From positions 780 to 64,779 of the forward strand of contig JBGAOB010000003.1 in the NCBI GenBank assembly GCA_044222045.1: DNA of 64,000 bases. Direction: 5' to 3'. This document shows positions 28,953-38,871 of this stretch, in pieces. The position numbers were made by a program, and so were the translations under genes. Below the pieces are notes generated by a model. It did no database searches. It was not told where the DNA came from and was given only the letters and a program-made list of their open reading frames with translations. The stretch is from Candidatus Eiseniibacteriota bacterium (GTDB lineage: Bacteria > Eisenbacteria > RBG-16-71-46). The stretch's first letter is position 1, and the number at the start of each line of letters is the position of its first letter.

Positions 28953-31349
28953 ATGCGCGCGCTCATCCTCGCCGCCTTCGTCGCCCTCGCCGCGACGCTC
29001 GCTCACGCCCCCGTCGCGCAGGCGGCGTGGGCGTCGGATCCCTACCTGGCCCAGGTCGCGGTCTGCACGGCCAGCGGCACGCAGTCCGACTTCAGCGTGT
29101 GCTCCGACGCCGCGGGTGGCGTGATCGTGGCGTGGGTGGACCAGCGCCCGGGCGCGACCACCGACGTCTACGCGCAGCGGATCAACGCGTCCGGCAACCC
29201 GGTGTGGGCCGCGGACGGCGTCCCGGTGTGCACGGTCACCGGCACGCAGACGAATCCGCAGATCGTCCCGGACGGCACGGGCGGCGCGTTCGTCGTCTGG
29301 ATGGACCGGCGGAACCTCGTCACCGACGACATCTACGCGCAGCGCCTGAATTCCTCGGGCGTGCGGCAGTGGTCGAACTCGGGCGTACTCGTTTCGGGAG
29401 CTTCGGGCAACCAGCGCAATCCGACGATCGCCGCCGACGGATTCGGCGGCTTCGTCACGAGCTGGTGGGACGAGCGCAACGCCGCGACCTCCCCCGACGT
29501 CTACGCGCAGCGTGTCAACGCGAACGGGGCCCTGCTGTGGACGGGTGGCGGCCTGTTCACGAACGGCATGCCGGTCAGCACGGCGGCGAACGACCAGTCG
29601 CCGGGGCAGATCGTGAGCGACGGCGCCGGCGGGGCGATCGTGACGTGGAACCACGAGTTGTCCGCCGGCGAATGGGACGTCTACGCACAACGACTGTCCG
29701 CGGCGAGCGGGGCCGAGATGTGGACGTCGGGCGGCGTGCCCGTCGTGAACGGGACGGGCTACCAGCTCCTGCGGTCCACGGCCTCCGACGGCGTGGGGGG
29801 ATTGCTCGTGACGTTCATGGAGTCGGGACTCGGCAACCACAACCTCCGCGCGCAGCGCGTCGGCAGCACGGGCACCGTGCGCTGGCTCGAGAGCCTCACC
29901 GACATGGGATTCGTGAACGACAAATCCTCGTCGTCCAGCATCGTCCCCGACAACACCGGCGGGTTCTTCGCCGTGCACGCGTACACCGGCACGCCGGTCC
30001 TGCAGCGCATCGGCGCCGGCGGCGCACCGGGGTGGGCGAGCCCGGGCGTCACGATCGACAACGTCTCCGGCTGGGGACAGTTCCCGCGCATCGTGCCCGA
30101 TGGCGCCGGGGGATGCGTGGTCGTCTACATGGGACCGAACACGGTGCTGCGTGCCGCGCGCGTGAGCGGGGGCGGCACGGCGCAGTGGTCCGGCACGTGG
30201 ATTCCCGTCCAGAGCGCCTACTACGCGCAGTCCATGGAAGTGGTCGCGACGACGGATCAGCACTTCATCGTGGTGTGGCAGGCCTATAACGAGGCCGGCT
30301 CCGACCTGCACGCGCAGCGTTTCGACGTGCAGGGCGCGCTCGGCGCGCCCGAACCGGTGATGACCGGTGTGCGTGACGTGCGCAACGACCAGGGTGGCCG
30401 GGTGCGCGTGTCGTGGAACCGCAGCGACCGCGACGTCGAATGGCTCGGTGGCATCGTGGACTACCGCGTCTGGCGATCGGTGAGCGTGGCGGCGCTGAGC
30501 GGCCGGAAGAGCCGCGCGGCCACTTCCGATGCCGACGCGGCGGCGCGCACGGGCGACCTGCTGGTGCTGCCCGACGCGGCGAACGGCTACGCGTGGGAGC
30601 TGGTCGCCACGCAGGCGGCGGCGTCACTCGCCGAGTACTCCGTGGTCACCGACACCGAGGCCGACTCGCTCGCCGGCTCCAATCCGCGAACGGCGTTCAT
30701 GGTGGAAGCGCGCGCAGGCACGGCCAGCACGAGCCAGCGCTGGTTCTCGCAGCCCGATTCGGGCTACTCGGTCGACGATCTCGCCCCGGCGCAGCCCGCG
30801 CCGTTCGTGGCGGTCGGCAGCGGCGGCGGGACGCAGTTGCACTGGGGCGCCAACACCGAGTCCGATCTCGCCTTCTACCGCGTGTATCGCGGCGCCGATC
30901 CGGCGTTCACCCCCGGGCCCGCCACGTTCGTGGGCCAGACCACCGACACGACGATGGTCGACGCGGCCGCGCGGCCGCTCGTCTACAAGCTCGTGGCCGT
31001 GGACGTGCACGGAAACACGAGCCCGTGGGCCACCGCGATGCCGGCGGGCTCGGTGGACGCGGGCGACGGTGCGCGCGGGCAGGCGCTGTCGCTGTCCGCG
31101 CCCCAGCCGAACCCGGCGCGTGCCGGTGTCGGGGTGCTGCGGTTCACGCTGCCCGTCGCGGGCGCGGCAACCGTGCGGCTGTACGACGCGCCGGGCCGTG
31201 TGCGAGCGACGCTGGCGAACGGCCGGTTCGCCGCGGGCGAGCACGTGGCCGACCTGCGCGACGCGGGACGACTACCGGCCGGGCTCTACCTGGCCCGGCT
31301 CGACGGCCCCGGTGGTTCGCGCACGCAGCGCGTGGTGATCGTCGAGTGA
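28953..31349 (+). CDS. secreted 7-blade-like repeat protein (DVYAQR.N..G...W units), DQGG module, Fn3-like module, C-terminal sorting-like domain
   Basis: ATG 28953 after CAGGAG. Signal MRALILAAFVALAATLAHAPVAQA. Seven ~55-aa units. VRNDQGGRVRVSWNRS and VDDLAPAQP...LHWGANTESDLAFYRVYRG modules. Ends GLYLARLDGPGGSRTQRVVIVE. Confidence 0.85.
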   Translation: MRALILAAFVALAATLAHAPVAQAAWASDPYLAQVAVCTASGTQSDFSVCSDAAGGVIVAWVDQRPGATTDVYAQRINASGNPVWAADGVPVCTVTGTQTNPQIVPDGTGGAFVVWMDRRNLVTDDIYAQRLNSSGVRQWSNSGVLVSGASGNQRNPTIAADGFGGFVTSWWDERNAATSPDVYAQRVNANGALLWTGGGLFTNGMPVSTAANDQSPGQIVSDGAGGAIVTWNHELSAGEWDVYAQRLSAASGAEMWTSGGVPVVNGTGYQLLRSTASDGVGGLLVTFMESGLGNHNLRAQRVGSTGTVRWLESLTDMGFVNDKSSSSSIVPDNTGGFFAVHAYTGTPVLQRIGAGGAPGWASPGVTIDNVSGWGQFPRIVPDGAGGCVVVYMGPNTVLRAARVSGGGTAQWSGTWIPVQSAYYAQSMEVVATTDQHFIVVWQAYNEAGSDLHAQRFDVQGALGAPEPVMTGVRDVRNDQGGRVRVSWNRSDRDVEWLGGIVDYRVWRSVSVAALSGRKSRAATSDADAAARTGDLLVLPDAANGYAWELVATQAAASLAEYSVVTDTEADSLAGSNPRTAFMVEARAGTASTSQRWFSQPDSGYSVDDLAPAQPAPFVAVGSGGGTQLHWGANTESDLAFYRVYRGADPAFTPGPATFVGQTTDTTMVDAAARPLVYKLVAVDVHGNTSPWATAMPAGSVDAGDGARGQALSLSAPQPNPARAGVGVLRFTLPVAGAATVRLYDAPGRVRATLANGRFAAGEHVADLRDAGRLPAGLYLARLDGPGGSRTQRVVIVE

Positions 31350-31378
31350 CGCCCGAGCGGCCGGGCAGGCGAGGTGCG

Positions 31379-31499
31379 CGGAAGATTGCAGGTGGCGACG
31401 GTAAGTGTGCGTGCGGCAGTGCGTTGGCGATGACACCTCGCAAGTCGTCGTAAGTGCATGGGCGGCCGGGGCTCCCGGCCGCCCCACTGCAATCTTCCG
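31379..31499. other. structured intergenic element: 13-bp inverted repeat enclosing ~95 nt that contains an 11-bp GC hairpin
   Basis: CGGAAGATTGCAG (31379..31391) pairs with CTGCAATCTTCCG (31487..31499). Inner hairpin GGGCGGCCGGG-GCT-CCCGGCCGCCC at 31460..31484. GTAAGTG occurs twice inside. Confidence 0.3.
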
Positions 31500-31578
31500 G
31501 GCACAACGGGCGGGATGGCCCCTCCTGGCGGGAATCCGTGTCTGGGGAGATGGACACCCACTCCCTGGAGGCTCCCGC

Positions 31579-34002
31579 ATGTCGTTCGCTTCGCGCTTCC
31601 GCTTCGCTCTGTCGGCCGCCGCACTCGTCGTCACGCTCACCGGGCCCGCCGCCGGCGCTGCCCCGCTCCAGGACGCCATGTGGAGTCCCGGCAACGTGCC
31701 CGAGGACATGGCCCGCATCGGCGACCGGGTCTTCCTCGCGGGCGCGGGCGTCGACTACGTGGGGCCGTACACCGGCGCCGCGCAGGTGCTGTCCGTGGCC
31801 ACCGGGCAGCGAGTGCCGCTCTTCCCGGACGTCTACGCGCCGACCGGCACGCAGGTGAAGTGCGTGATCCCCGACGGGTCGGGCGGCTGGTTCATCGGCG
31901 GGCTGTTCACGCGCGTGGGCGGCCTCCCGCGCACGAACCTCGCGCACGTGCTCGCGGACGGCAGCGTGGCGGCGTGGAGCCCGAATCCCAACGGACAGGT
32001 GCAGACGCTGGCACTGGACGGCACCACGCTCTACCTGGGCGGGCTGTTCACGCAGGTGGGCGGCCAGGCGCGCAACCGCATCGCCGCGGTCCATTCGGGC
32101 ACCGGCGTGGTGTCGAGCTGGAATCCCAACGCGTCGAGCTTCGTCACGAGCCTGGCCGTGGACGCGTCGAACGTGTACGTGGCGGGCCTCTTCAGCGCGA
32201 TCGGTGGCCAGGTGCGCAACGGCCTCGCCGCGATCTCGCGCGCCACGGGGTTGGCGACGCCGTTCGACCCCGCGCCCTCGGCTTCGGCCACCGAGCTCGA
32301 ACTCGCGGGTACCAGGCTCTACGTGGGCGGCGACTTCGTCACGATCGCCGGGCAGGATCGCGTGCGCATCGCGGCGTTCGACGTGACCAGTGGCACGCTG
32401 CTGCCGTGGTACCCGGGCGCGGTCAACCGCGCCCCGACCGAGATGGAAGTGGACGGCGGCGCGCTCTACCTGTCGGGCATCCTGGGCGTGAACGGTGTCG
32501 CGCGCTACTACCTCGCGGCGGTGGACACCGGCTCCGCCGCCCTGCTGCCGTTCGCTCCCGACATCCGCGTCGGTACGGACGTGAGCGGATTCTCCGTGGA
32601 CGGCGGCGTCGTGTACGCGGCGGGCAGCTTCACGCAGATCGGCTTCAGTCCCGGCATCCGCCGGCGGAACCTCGCGGCGTTCGATGCCACCAGCGGCGCG
32701 TTGCTCGCGTGGGACCCCGTCTCGAGCGCGCCCATGCAGTCGGTGCTCGCCGAAGGCGGACGTGTGTTCGTGGGCGGCACCACCACCAGCCTGAACGGCT
32801 CCGAACACGGCGCGATCGTGGCGCTCGACGCGAACACGGGCCTGCCGCTGCCGTTCGACCCGCACTTCTCGACCGGCATCGCGCGCGCGGTGGCGGCGTG
32901 GGGCAACACGCTGATCGTGGGCGGCGACTTCAACCTGTTCGGCCCCTTCCCGCGCGCGCTCACTTCGTACGACGCCACGACGTTCGCGTGGACCGGCTGG
33001 TCACCGAATCTGAACGGCGAGGTCCGCAAGATGGCCGTGGACGGCAACACGCTGTACGTCATCGGTTCCTTCACGCAGGTGGACGGGGTCGCCCGTGGCG
33101 GCGTCGCCGCGTTCGATCTGCCGTCGGGCACCCTGCTGCCGTGGACGACCGGCACGTGCTTCGGGCTCGCGGACATCGCGGTGACGGCCAACGAGGTGAT
33201 CGTGGGCGGCGGCTTCTCTACGCTCGCGGGCGTCGCGCGCACGAACCTCGGCTCGTTCGACCGCACGACGGGCGCCGTGACGTCGTGGGCGCCGATCGTG
33301 AACAACTCGGTGAACCAGGTGCTGGTGGCCGACGGGCGGATCTGGGCGTGCGGCGCGTTCACCGCGGTCGACGGCAACTCGCGCACACGCATCGCCGCCT
33401 GGGACGCCACGACGCACGCGCTCACCGCGTGGAACGGCGGCACGAACGGCGTGGTGCGATCACTGGACGTGAAAGACGGCCGCGTGATCGCGGCCGGCGG
33501 GTTCAACCTCGTCAACAACTCCACGGCGCGCACCGGCATCGCGGCGTTCGACGCCACCACCGCGGCCGTCACGTCGTGGAATCCGGGGTTCGACTCCAAC
33601 GGCTGGGGCGTGATGATCGCCGGCGGTTGGATCTACTTCACGCACGAGATCGGTGGCTTCGACGGCATGGGGCGCGGCTTCTTCACGCCCATCGCCGATC
33701 CCATCGCGGTCGCGGCGCCCGAGCCCGCGCACGCGGCGCGACTCCGGCTGTCGACGGCGCGACCGAATCCCGCGCACGACGCGTGCGTCGTCGAGTTGAC
33801 GCTGCCGGCCGAGTCGGACGTGAGGCTCGACGTGCTCGACGTGGCGGGGCGCCGCGTGGCGGGCGACCCGTCGATCCGGCGGTTCGCGGCGGGTGGTCAC
33901 CGCGTGCCGGTGTCGCTCGGCCGCCTGGATCCGGGCCTCTATCTCGTGCGCGTGTCCGACGGGCGTACCACCACCAGCACGCGCGTGATCGTGACGCGCT
34001 GA
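31579..34002 (+). CDS. propeller-repeat family member 3 with C-terminal sorting-like domain
   Basis: ATG 31579 after GGAGG. Signal MSFASRFRFALSAAALVVTLTGPAAGA. Same repeat as 18957..21398 (GGLFT.VGGQ.RN.IAA....TG....WNPNA). Ends GLYLVRVSDGRTTTSTRVIVTR. Confidence 0.85.
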   Translation: MSFASRFRFALSAAALVVTLTGPAAGAAPLQDAMWSPGNVPEDMARIGDRVFLAGAGVDYVGPYTGAAQVLSVATGQRVPLFPDVYAPTGTQVKCVIPDGSGGWFIGGLFTRVGGLPRTNLAHVLADGSVAAWSPNPNGQVQTLALDGTTLYLGGLFTQVGGQARNRIAAVHSGTGVVSSWNPNASSFVTSLAVDASNVYVAGLFSAIGGQVRNGLAAISRATGLATPFDPAPSASATELELAGTRLYVGGDFVTIAGQDRVRIAAFDVTSGTLLPWYPGAVNRAPTEMEVDGGALYLSGILGVNGVARYYLAAVDTGSAALLPFAPDIRVGTDVSGFSVDGGVVYAAGSFTQIGFSPGIRRRNLAAFDATSGALLAWDPVSSAPMQSVLAEGGRVFVGGTTTSLNGSEHGAIVALDANTGLPLPFDPHFSTGIARAVAAWGNTLIVGGDFNLFGPFPRALTSYDATTFAWTGWSPNLNGEVRKMAVDGNTLYVIGSFTQVDGVARGGVAAFDLPSGTLLPWTTGTCFGLADIAVTANEVIVGGGFSTLAGVARTNLGSFDRTTGAVTSWAPIVNNSVNQVLVADGRIWACGAFTAVDGNSRTRIAAWDATTHALTAWNGGTNGVVRSLDVKDGRVIAAGGFNLVNNSTARTGIAAFDATTAAVTSWNPGFDSNGWGVMIAGGWIYFTHEIGGFDGMGRGFFTPIADPIAVAAPEPAHAARLRLSTARPNPAHDACVVELTLPAESDVRLDVLDVAGRRVAGDPSIRRFAAGGHRVPVSLGRLDPGLYLVRVSDGRTTTSTRVIVTR

Positions 34003-34011
34003 GCGCGGCCG

Positions 34012-35501
34012 TCAGCGCGCGAGTGCGGCGCCCCGGACCGCCTCGCGCGTCAACGGGTCGTCGGAGCCGAGGCGCCGGATGAGCACCGGCAGCGCGCGCG
34101 CGTACAGCTCGCGCGCTCCCGAGGTATCCCCGAGCGCCGTGCGGTGGCCGGCCAGGTGCACCATCACCTTCGCGGTGGTGCCGTGGTCCTCGCCCACGGA
34201 TCGCTGCAGGTCGTGCAGCGCCCGCTCGGACAACGCCAGCGCCTCGCGCGCGCGCCCGAGGTCGCGCAGCACCACGGCCAGCTGGTCGCGCGCGGCGGAG
34301 GTCTTCCAGTACGCGGGACCCACGGCGCGCTCGAGCACGGCCACCGCCCGCTCGGCGGAGTCGCGCGCGGCCTCGAGCCGGCCGGCGCGCTGGAGCAGCC
34401 ACGCGTGTTCGGCGAGGCACTCACCCACCACCGCGTGGTCCGCCCCGTAGGCCTGCGTCAGCAGCGCGAGCCCGGCGCGCGCTTCGGCCAGCGCCGAGTC
34501 CCGGGCGCCCAGCTCCGACAGCGCCCCGGCCAGCGTGAATCGGTAGCTCCCGAGCACCGGGTCACCGGGCGTGCCGCGTCGGCTCTGCAGCCCGATCGCG
34601 CGTTCGAGCAGCTCGCGCGCCTCCCGGTAGTCGCGCATGTCGCGCGTGAGCAGCGCGAGATTGAACACGTACGTGGCCACCGCCGGGTCGTCGGGTCCGA
34701 GCGCGCGCTCGATCGTCTCGAGCGCCCGCCGGCACATGGGCAGCGCGGTCGCGTACTCGCCCTTCTCGATGAACACGTTCGCGAGCCCGGCCCAGCTGCC
34801 CGCGACGTCGCGGTGGTCGGGGCCCAGTGCGGCGATGCGGATGTCGAGCGCGCGGCGGTAGTGCGCCTCGGCCTGGTCGAACTCGCCGAGGCGGCGCATC
34901 AGCCCGGCGAGCACGTACTCGCTGGTGGCGAGGTCGGGATGCCGCGGGCCCAGGTGCTCGCGCCGCAGGGCGATCGCGCGCTCGAGCAGCTCGCGGGCCT
35001 GCGGGTAGAGCCCGAGGTTCCGGTGCACGGAACCGAGCGTGTGGTAGAGCCGCGCCCGCACGACCGGCTCGTCCTTCAGCGAGTGCTCGAGCTGCGCGGT
35101 GCCGCGCGCGAGCAGGCGTCGCGCCGCGGCCGCGTCGGGGTTCGCGGAGTCGGGATCGGAGGCTTCGAACAGTCCGACCAGGTAGCGCGAAACCGACTCG
35201 GCCGTGCGTGCCTCCTCGCGGGCTTCGGCCTCCAGCCGCCGCGCGGTGCGTTCGGCCTCGCGCGCGCGCAGCATGCCGAACGTGGTGCCGATCGTGCCGA
35301 GCACCAGTGCGCCGGCCACGAACGCCACTGCGGTGACCGCGGCCCGGTGCCGCCGCGCGAGGCGGCGGAGCTGTTCGCGCGTGCTCGGCGCGCGTGCCGC
35401 GATCGGCTCGTCCGCGAGCGCGCGGCGGAGGTCGTCGGCGAGCGCCGCGGTCGACGCGTAGCGGGCCGAGGCGTCCTTCTCGAGCGGCGCCTTGAGCAGG
35501 A

Positions 35502-35505
<4 letters not shown>
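34012..35505 (-). CDS. C-terminal fragment of a Ser/Thr kinase gene (end of kinase domain, TM helix, TPR region), separated from 35502..36545 by a frameshift
   Basis: Frame reads (RRRTRGDLEV)ILLKAPLEKDASARYASTAALADDLRR, i.e. kinase subdomain XI. Then TM AVAFVAGALVLGTIGTTFGML and repeated TPR-like helices (LGPRHPDLATS..., LGPDHRDVAGS..., LGPDDPAVATY...). Confidence 0.75.
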
Positions 35506-36541
<1,036 letters not shown>

Positions 36542-36545
<4 letters not shown>

Positions 36546-37111
36546 GCGCGGCTCCCCTCGAGCTGCTCGTGCAGGAACGCGCGCGCCGCCCGCCAGTCGC
36601 GCTTGACCGTGCGTTCGCCCACGCCGAGCACCTCGGCCACTTCCTCCACCGAGAGGCCGGCGAAGAAGCGCAGCTCCACCACGCGGACGAGCCGCGCGTC
36701 GAGCTGCCCGAGCCGATCGAGCGCCCGGTCGAGCGCCAGCAGCTCCCCGGCCTGGTCCTCGACGGCGACGACGCCGGAGTCGAGCGTGAGCTGACGGCCG
36801 CCGTCGCGCTTGAGTGCGGTGCGCGCGCGGGCGTGGTTCAGCAGGATCTGCCGCATCGCGATCGCGGCCACGGCGAAGAAGTGGCCGCGGTCCTCCCACG
36901 CGATCGCCGGGCTGCGGACCAGCCGGAGGTAGGCCTCGTGCACGATCGCGGTGGGCGTGAGCGTGTGCGATCCGACGCGCGCGAGCTGCCCGCGGGCCAG
37001 GTCGCGCACCTCGTCGTAGACGCGGGCGAACACCTGGTCCAGCGCCGCGCGCTCGCCCGTGCGGGCCGCGGCGAGGATCGCGGTGATGTCGGTCGGATCG
37101 CCGGGAGACAT
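36542..37111 (-). CDS. ECF-type RNA polymerase sigma factor (PF07638 / TIGR02999-like)
   Basis: MSPGDPTDITAILAAARTGERAALDQVFARVYDEVRDLARGQL...TPTAIVHEAYLRL...VVELRFFAGLSVEEVAEVLGVGERTVKRDWRAARAFL. No SD; TAGACT lies 8 nt before the ATG. No in-frame alternative start upstream. Confidence 0.85.
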
Positions 37112-37119
37112 GGGGCGGA

Positions 37120-37125
37120 AGTCTA
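37120..37125 (-). promoter_or_regulatory. -10-like hexamer TAGACT 8 nt upstream of the sigma-factor ATG (leaderless-type start)
   Basis: Minus strand reads TTTTGGC-TAGACT-TCCGCCCC-ATG. No SD. Confidence 0.3.
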
Positions 37126-37351
37126 GCCAAAAGCCCCGGGTCCCGGCGACGCCGCGGTGCGGACCGCCCGGGAGCGTCCGGTCGACTCGCGTGCCCCGGC
37201 CGAGCGCCGGTGCCCCGGCCCGCGCCGCACCGCCGCACCGCCACGCGTGCCGCGCGACTCGCCGGGCCGCCGGTGCGGCGGCTATGCTGCGATGTCCGCC
37301 GTGCACGCGCGCCCTGCCGAGGGCGCGACCGCGAGAAGATCCGAGGGCCGC

Positions 37352-38710
37352 ATGAGTGCAGAGGAAACCACCGGGACGCCCGCCGCGCCGGCGCGCGAGT
37401 TGTCGCTGAAGGAGAACTTCCAGGTCCTGTTCACGGCTTCGCGCGGCTACTGGCTCGTGAACGTGGTGAACTTCGGCGACGGGATCGCCTACTTCGGCAT
37501 CCTGAACCTGCTCACGTTGTTCCTGAGCCGCGACGCCCACTTCTCCGACCCGGCCGCCGGCTTCGCGGTGTCGTTCTTCACGGGCGTGGTCACGTTGTGC
37601 ATGTTCGGCGGCGGCTTCGTGTCGGACCGTCTGGGCGTGCGCCGCGCACTCACGCTGTCGCTGGTGGGCATGCTCGTGGGGCGCGTCCTGATGGTGCTCT
37701 CCCCCGGCCTCGGGGCCAGCACGGCCGTGGCCCTGTGGACAGGCCTGCTCGTGATGGGCGTGGCCGAAGGCATCGTGCAGCCGGCGTTGTACGCGGGCGT
37801 CAAGGAGTACACCGACGCGCGCACCAGCACGCTCAGCTACTCGTTCCTGTACGCGATCATGAACCTCGGCATCTTCGCCGAGTCCATGGTGTCGCCGTTC
37901 CTGCGCACGCGCGACCCGCAGTCGGGCATCGGCCTGGGCTGGGGTATCGGCGGCGTGTTCTGGGCCATGGTCGGCATCACGGCGATCATGCTGCTCGTGA
38001 ACCTGACGCTGTTCACGCGCGCGGTGGAACTGCGCGACCGAGGCGCCGAGCACGCCGTGGCCGAGGCCACCGACACGCGCACACTCGCGCAGAAGCTGCG
38101 CGACCTGCCGTTCCTCGACGCGCGCTTCCTGTTCTTCATCTTCATCCTGCTGCCGGTGCGCACGCTGTTCGCGCACCAGTGGCTCACGCTGCCCGACTAC
38201 ATCATGCGTTGCTTCCCGGCCGGCGTGAACTCGCGCTACGAGTGGTTCCAGGCGTTGAACCCGCTGATCATCGTGGTGTTCGTGCCGCTGCTGGCGGCGG
38301 CGACCCGGCGCGTGAACATCATCACCATGATGATCCTGGGCACCACGTTGTCGGCGGTGACCACGTTCATCCTGGTGCCCGGGCCGCACGTGGGCACGCT
38401 CATCGCGTACGTCGTGCTGTTCTCGCTGGGCGAGGCGATGTGGGCGAGCCGCTTCCTCGAGTACGTGGCCGACCTCGCGCCGTCGGGCCAGGTGGGCGCG
38501 TACATGGGGCTGGCGAACATCCCGTGGTTCCTCGCCAAGTTCACCACGGGCATGTACTCGGGGGCGATGATCGCCCGCTTCATCCCGGCTTCGGGCCCGC
38601 AGGATCCGGGCACGATGTGGTTGATCTACGGCTGCATCGCGCTGGTCACGCCGGTGGGCCTGCTGATCGCCCGTCGCTGGGTGCAGCGCGGCGTGAAGCA
38701 CGGCGGGTAG
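37352..38710 (+). CDS. MFS transporter, POT/PTR2 (peptide transporter)-like
   Basis: ATG 37352 (GAGGG upstream). About 12 TM helices. FGDGIAYFGILNLLTLFL and SFLYAIMNLGIF resemble PTR2 family signatures. Confidence 0.7.
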   Translation: MSAEETTGTPAAPARELSLKENFQVLFTASRGYWLVNVVNFGDGIAYFGILNLLTLFLSRDAHFSDPAAGFAVSFFTGVVTLCMFGGGFVSDRLGVRRALTLSLVGMLVGRVLMVLSPGLGASTAVALWTGLLVMGVAEGIVQPALYAGVKEYTDARTSTLSYSFLYAIMNLGIFAESMVSPFLRTRDPQSGIGLGWGIGGVFWAMVGITAIMLLVNLTLFTRAVELRDRGAEHAVAEATDTRTLAQKLRDLPFLDARFLFFIFILLPVRTLFAHQWLTLPDYIMRCFPAGVNSRYEWFQALNPLIIVVFVPLLAAATRRVNIITMMILGTTLSAVTTFILVPGPHVGTLIAYVVLFSLGEAMWASRFLEYVADLAPSGQVGAYMGLANIPWFLAKFTTGMYSGAMIARFIPASGPQDPGTMWLIYGCIALVTPVGLLIARRWVQRGVKHGG

Positions 38711-38836
38711 TCGTCACGCGGGCCGGCTCGTTCGCGTGCGTCGACAACCCCCCAGCATGCGAGCCGGGCGCGGGCCTTCGCGATGGGAAGAGCCTGCTCG
38801 ATCGCCCCCCGGGTCCGATGCAAGCCATTTTGTCCG

Positions 38837-38865
38837 TTGTGTCCGCTCCGCGTTGCCCCTAGCGT
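38837..38865 (+). promoter_or_regulatory. sigma-70-like promoter TTGTGT-N17-TAGCGT ending 6 nt before the kinase ATG (leaderless-type start)
   Basis: TTGTGT at 38837..38842, 17-nt spacer, TAGCGT at 38860..38865, then GCCGCG and ATG 38872. No SD. Confidence 0.45.
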
Positions 38866-38871
38866 GCCGCG

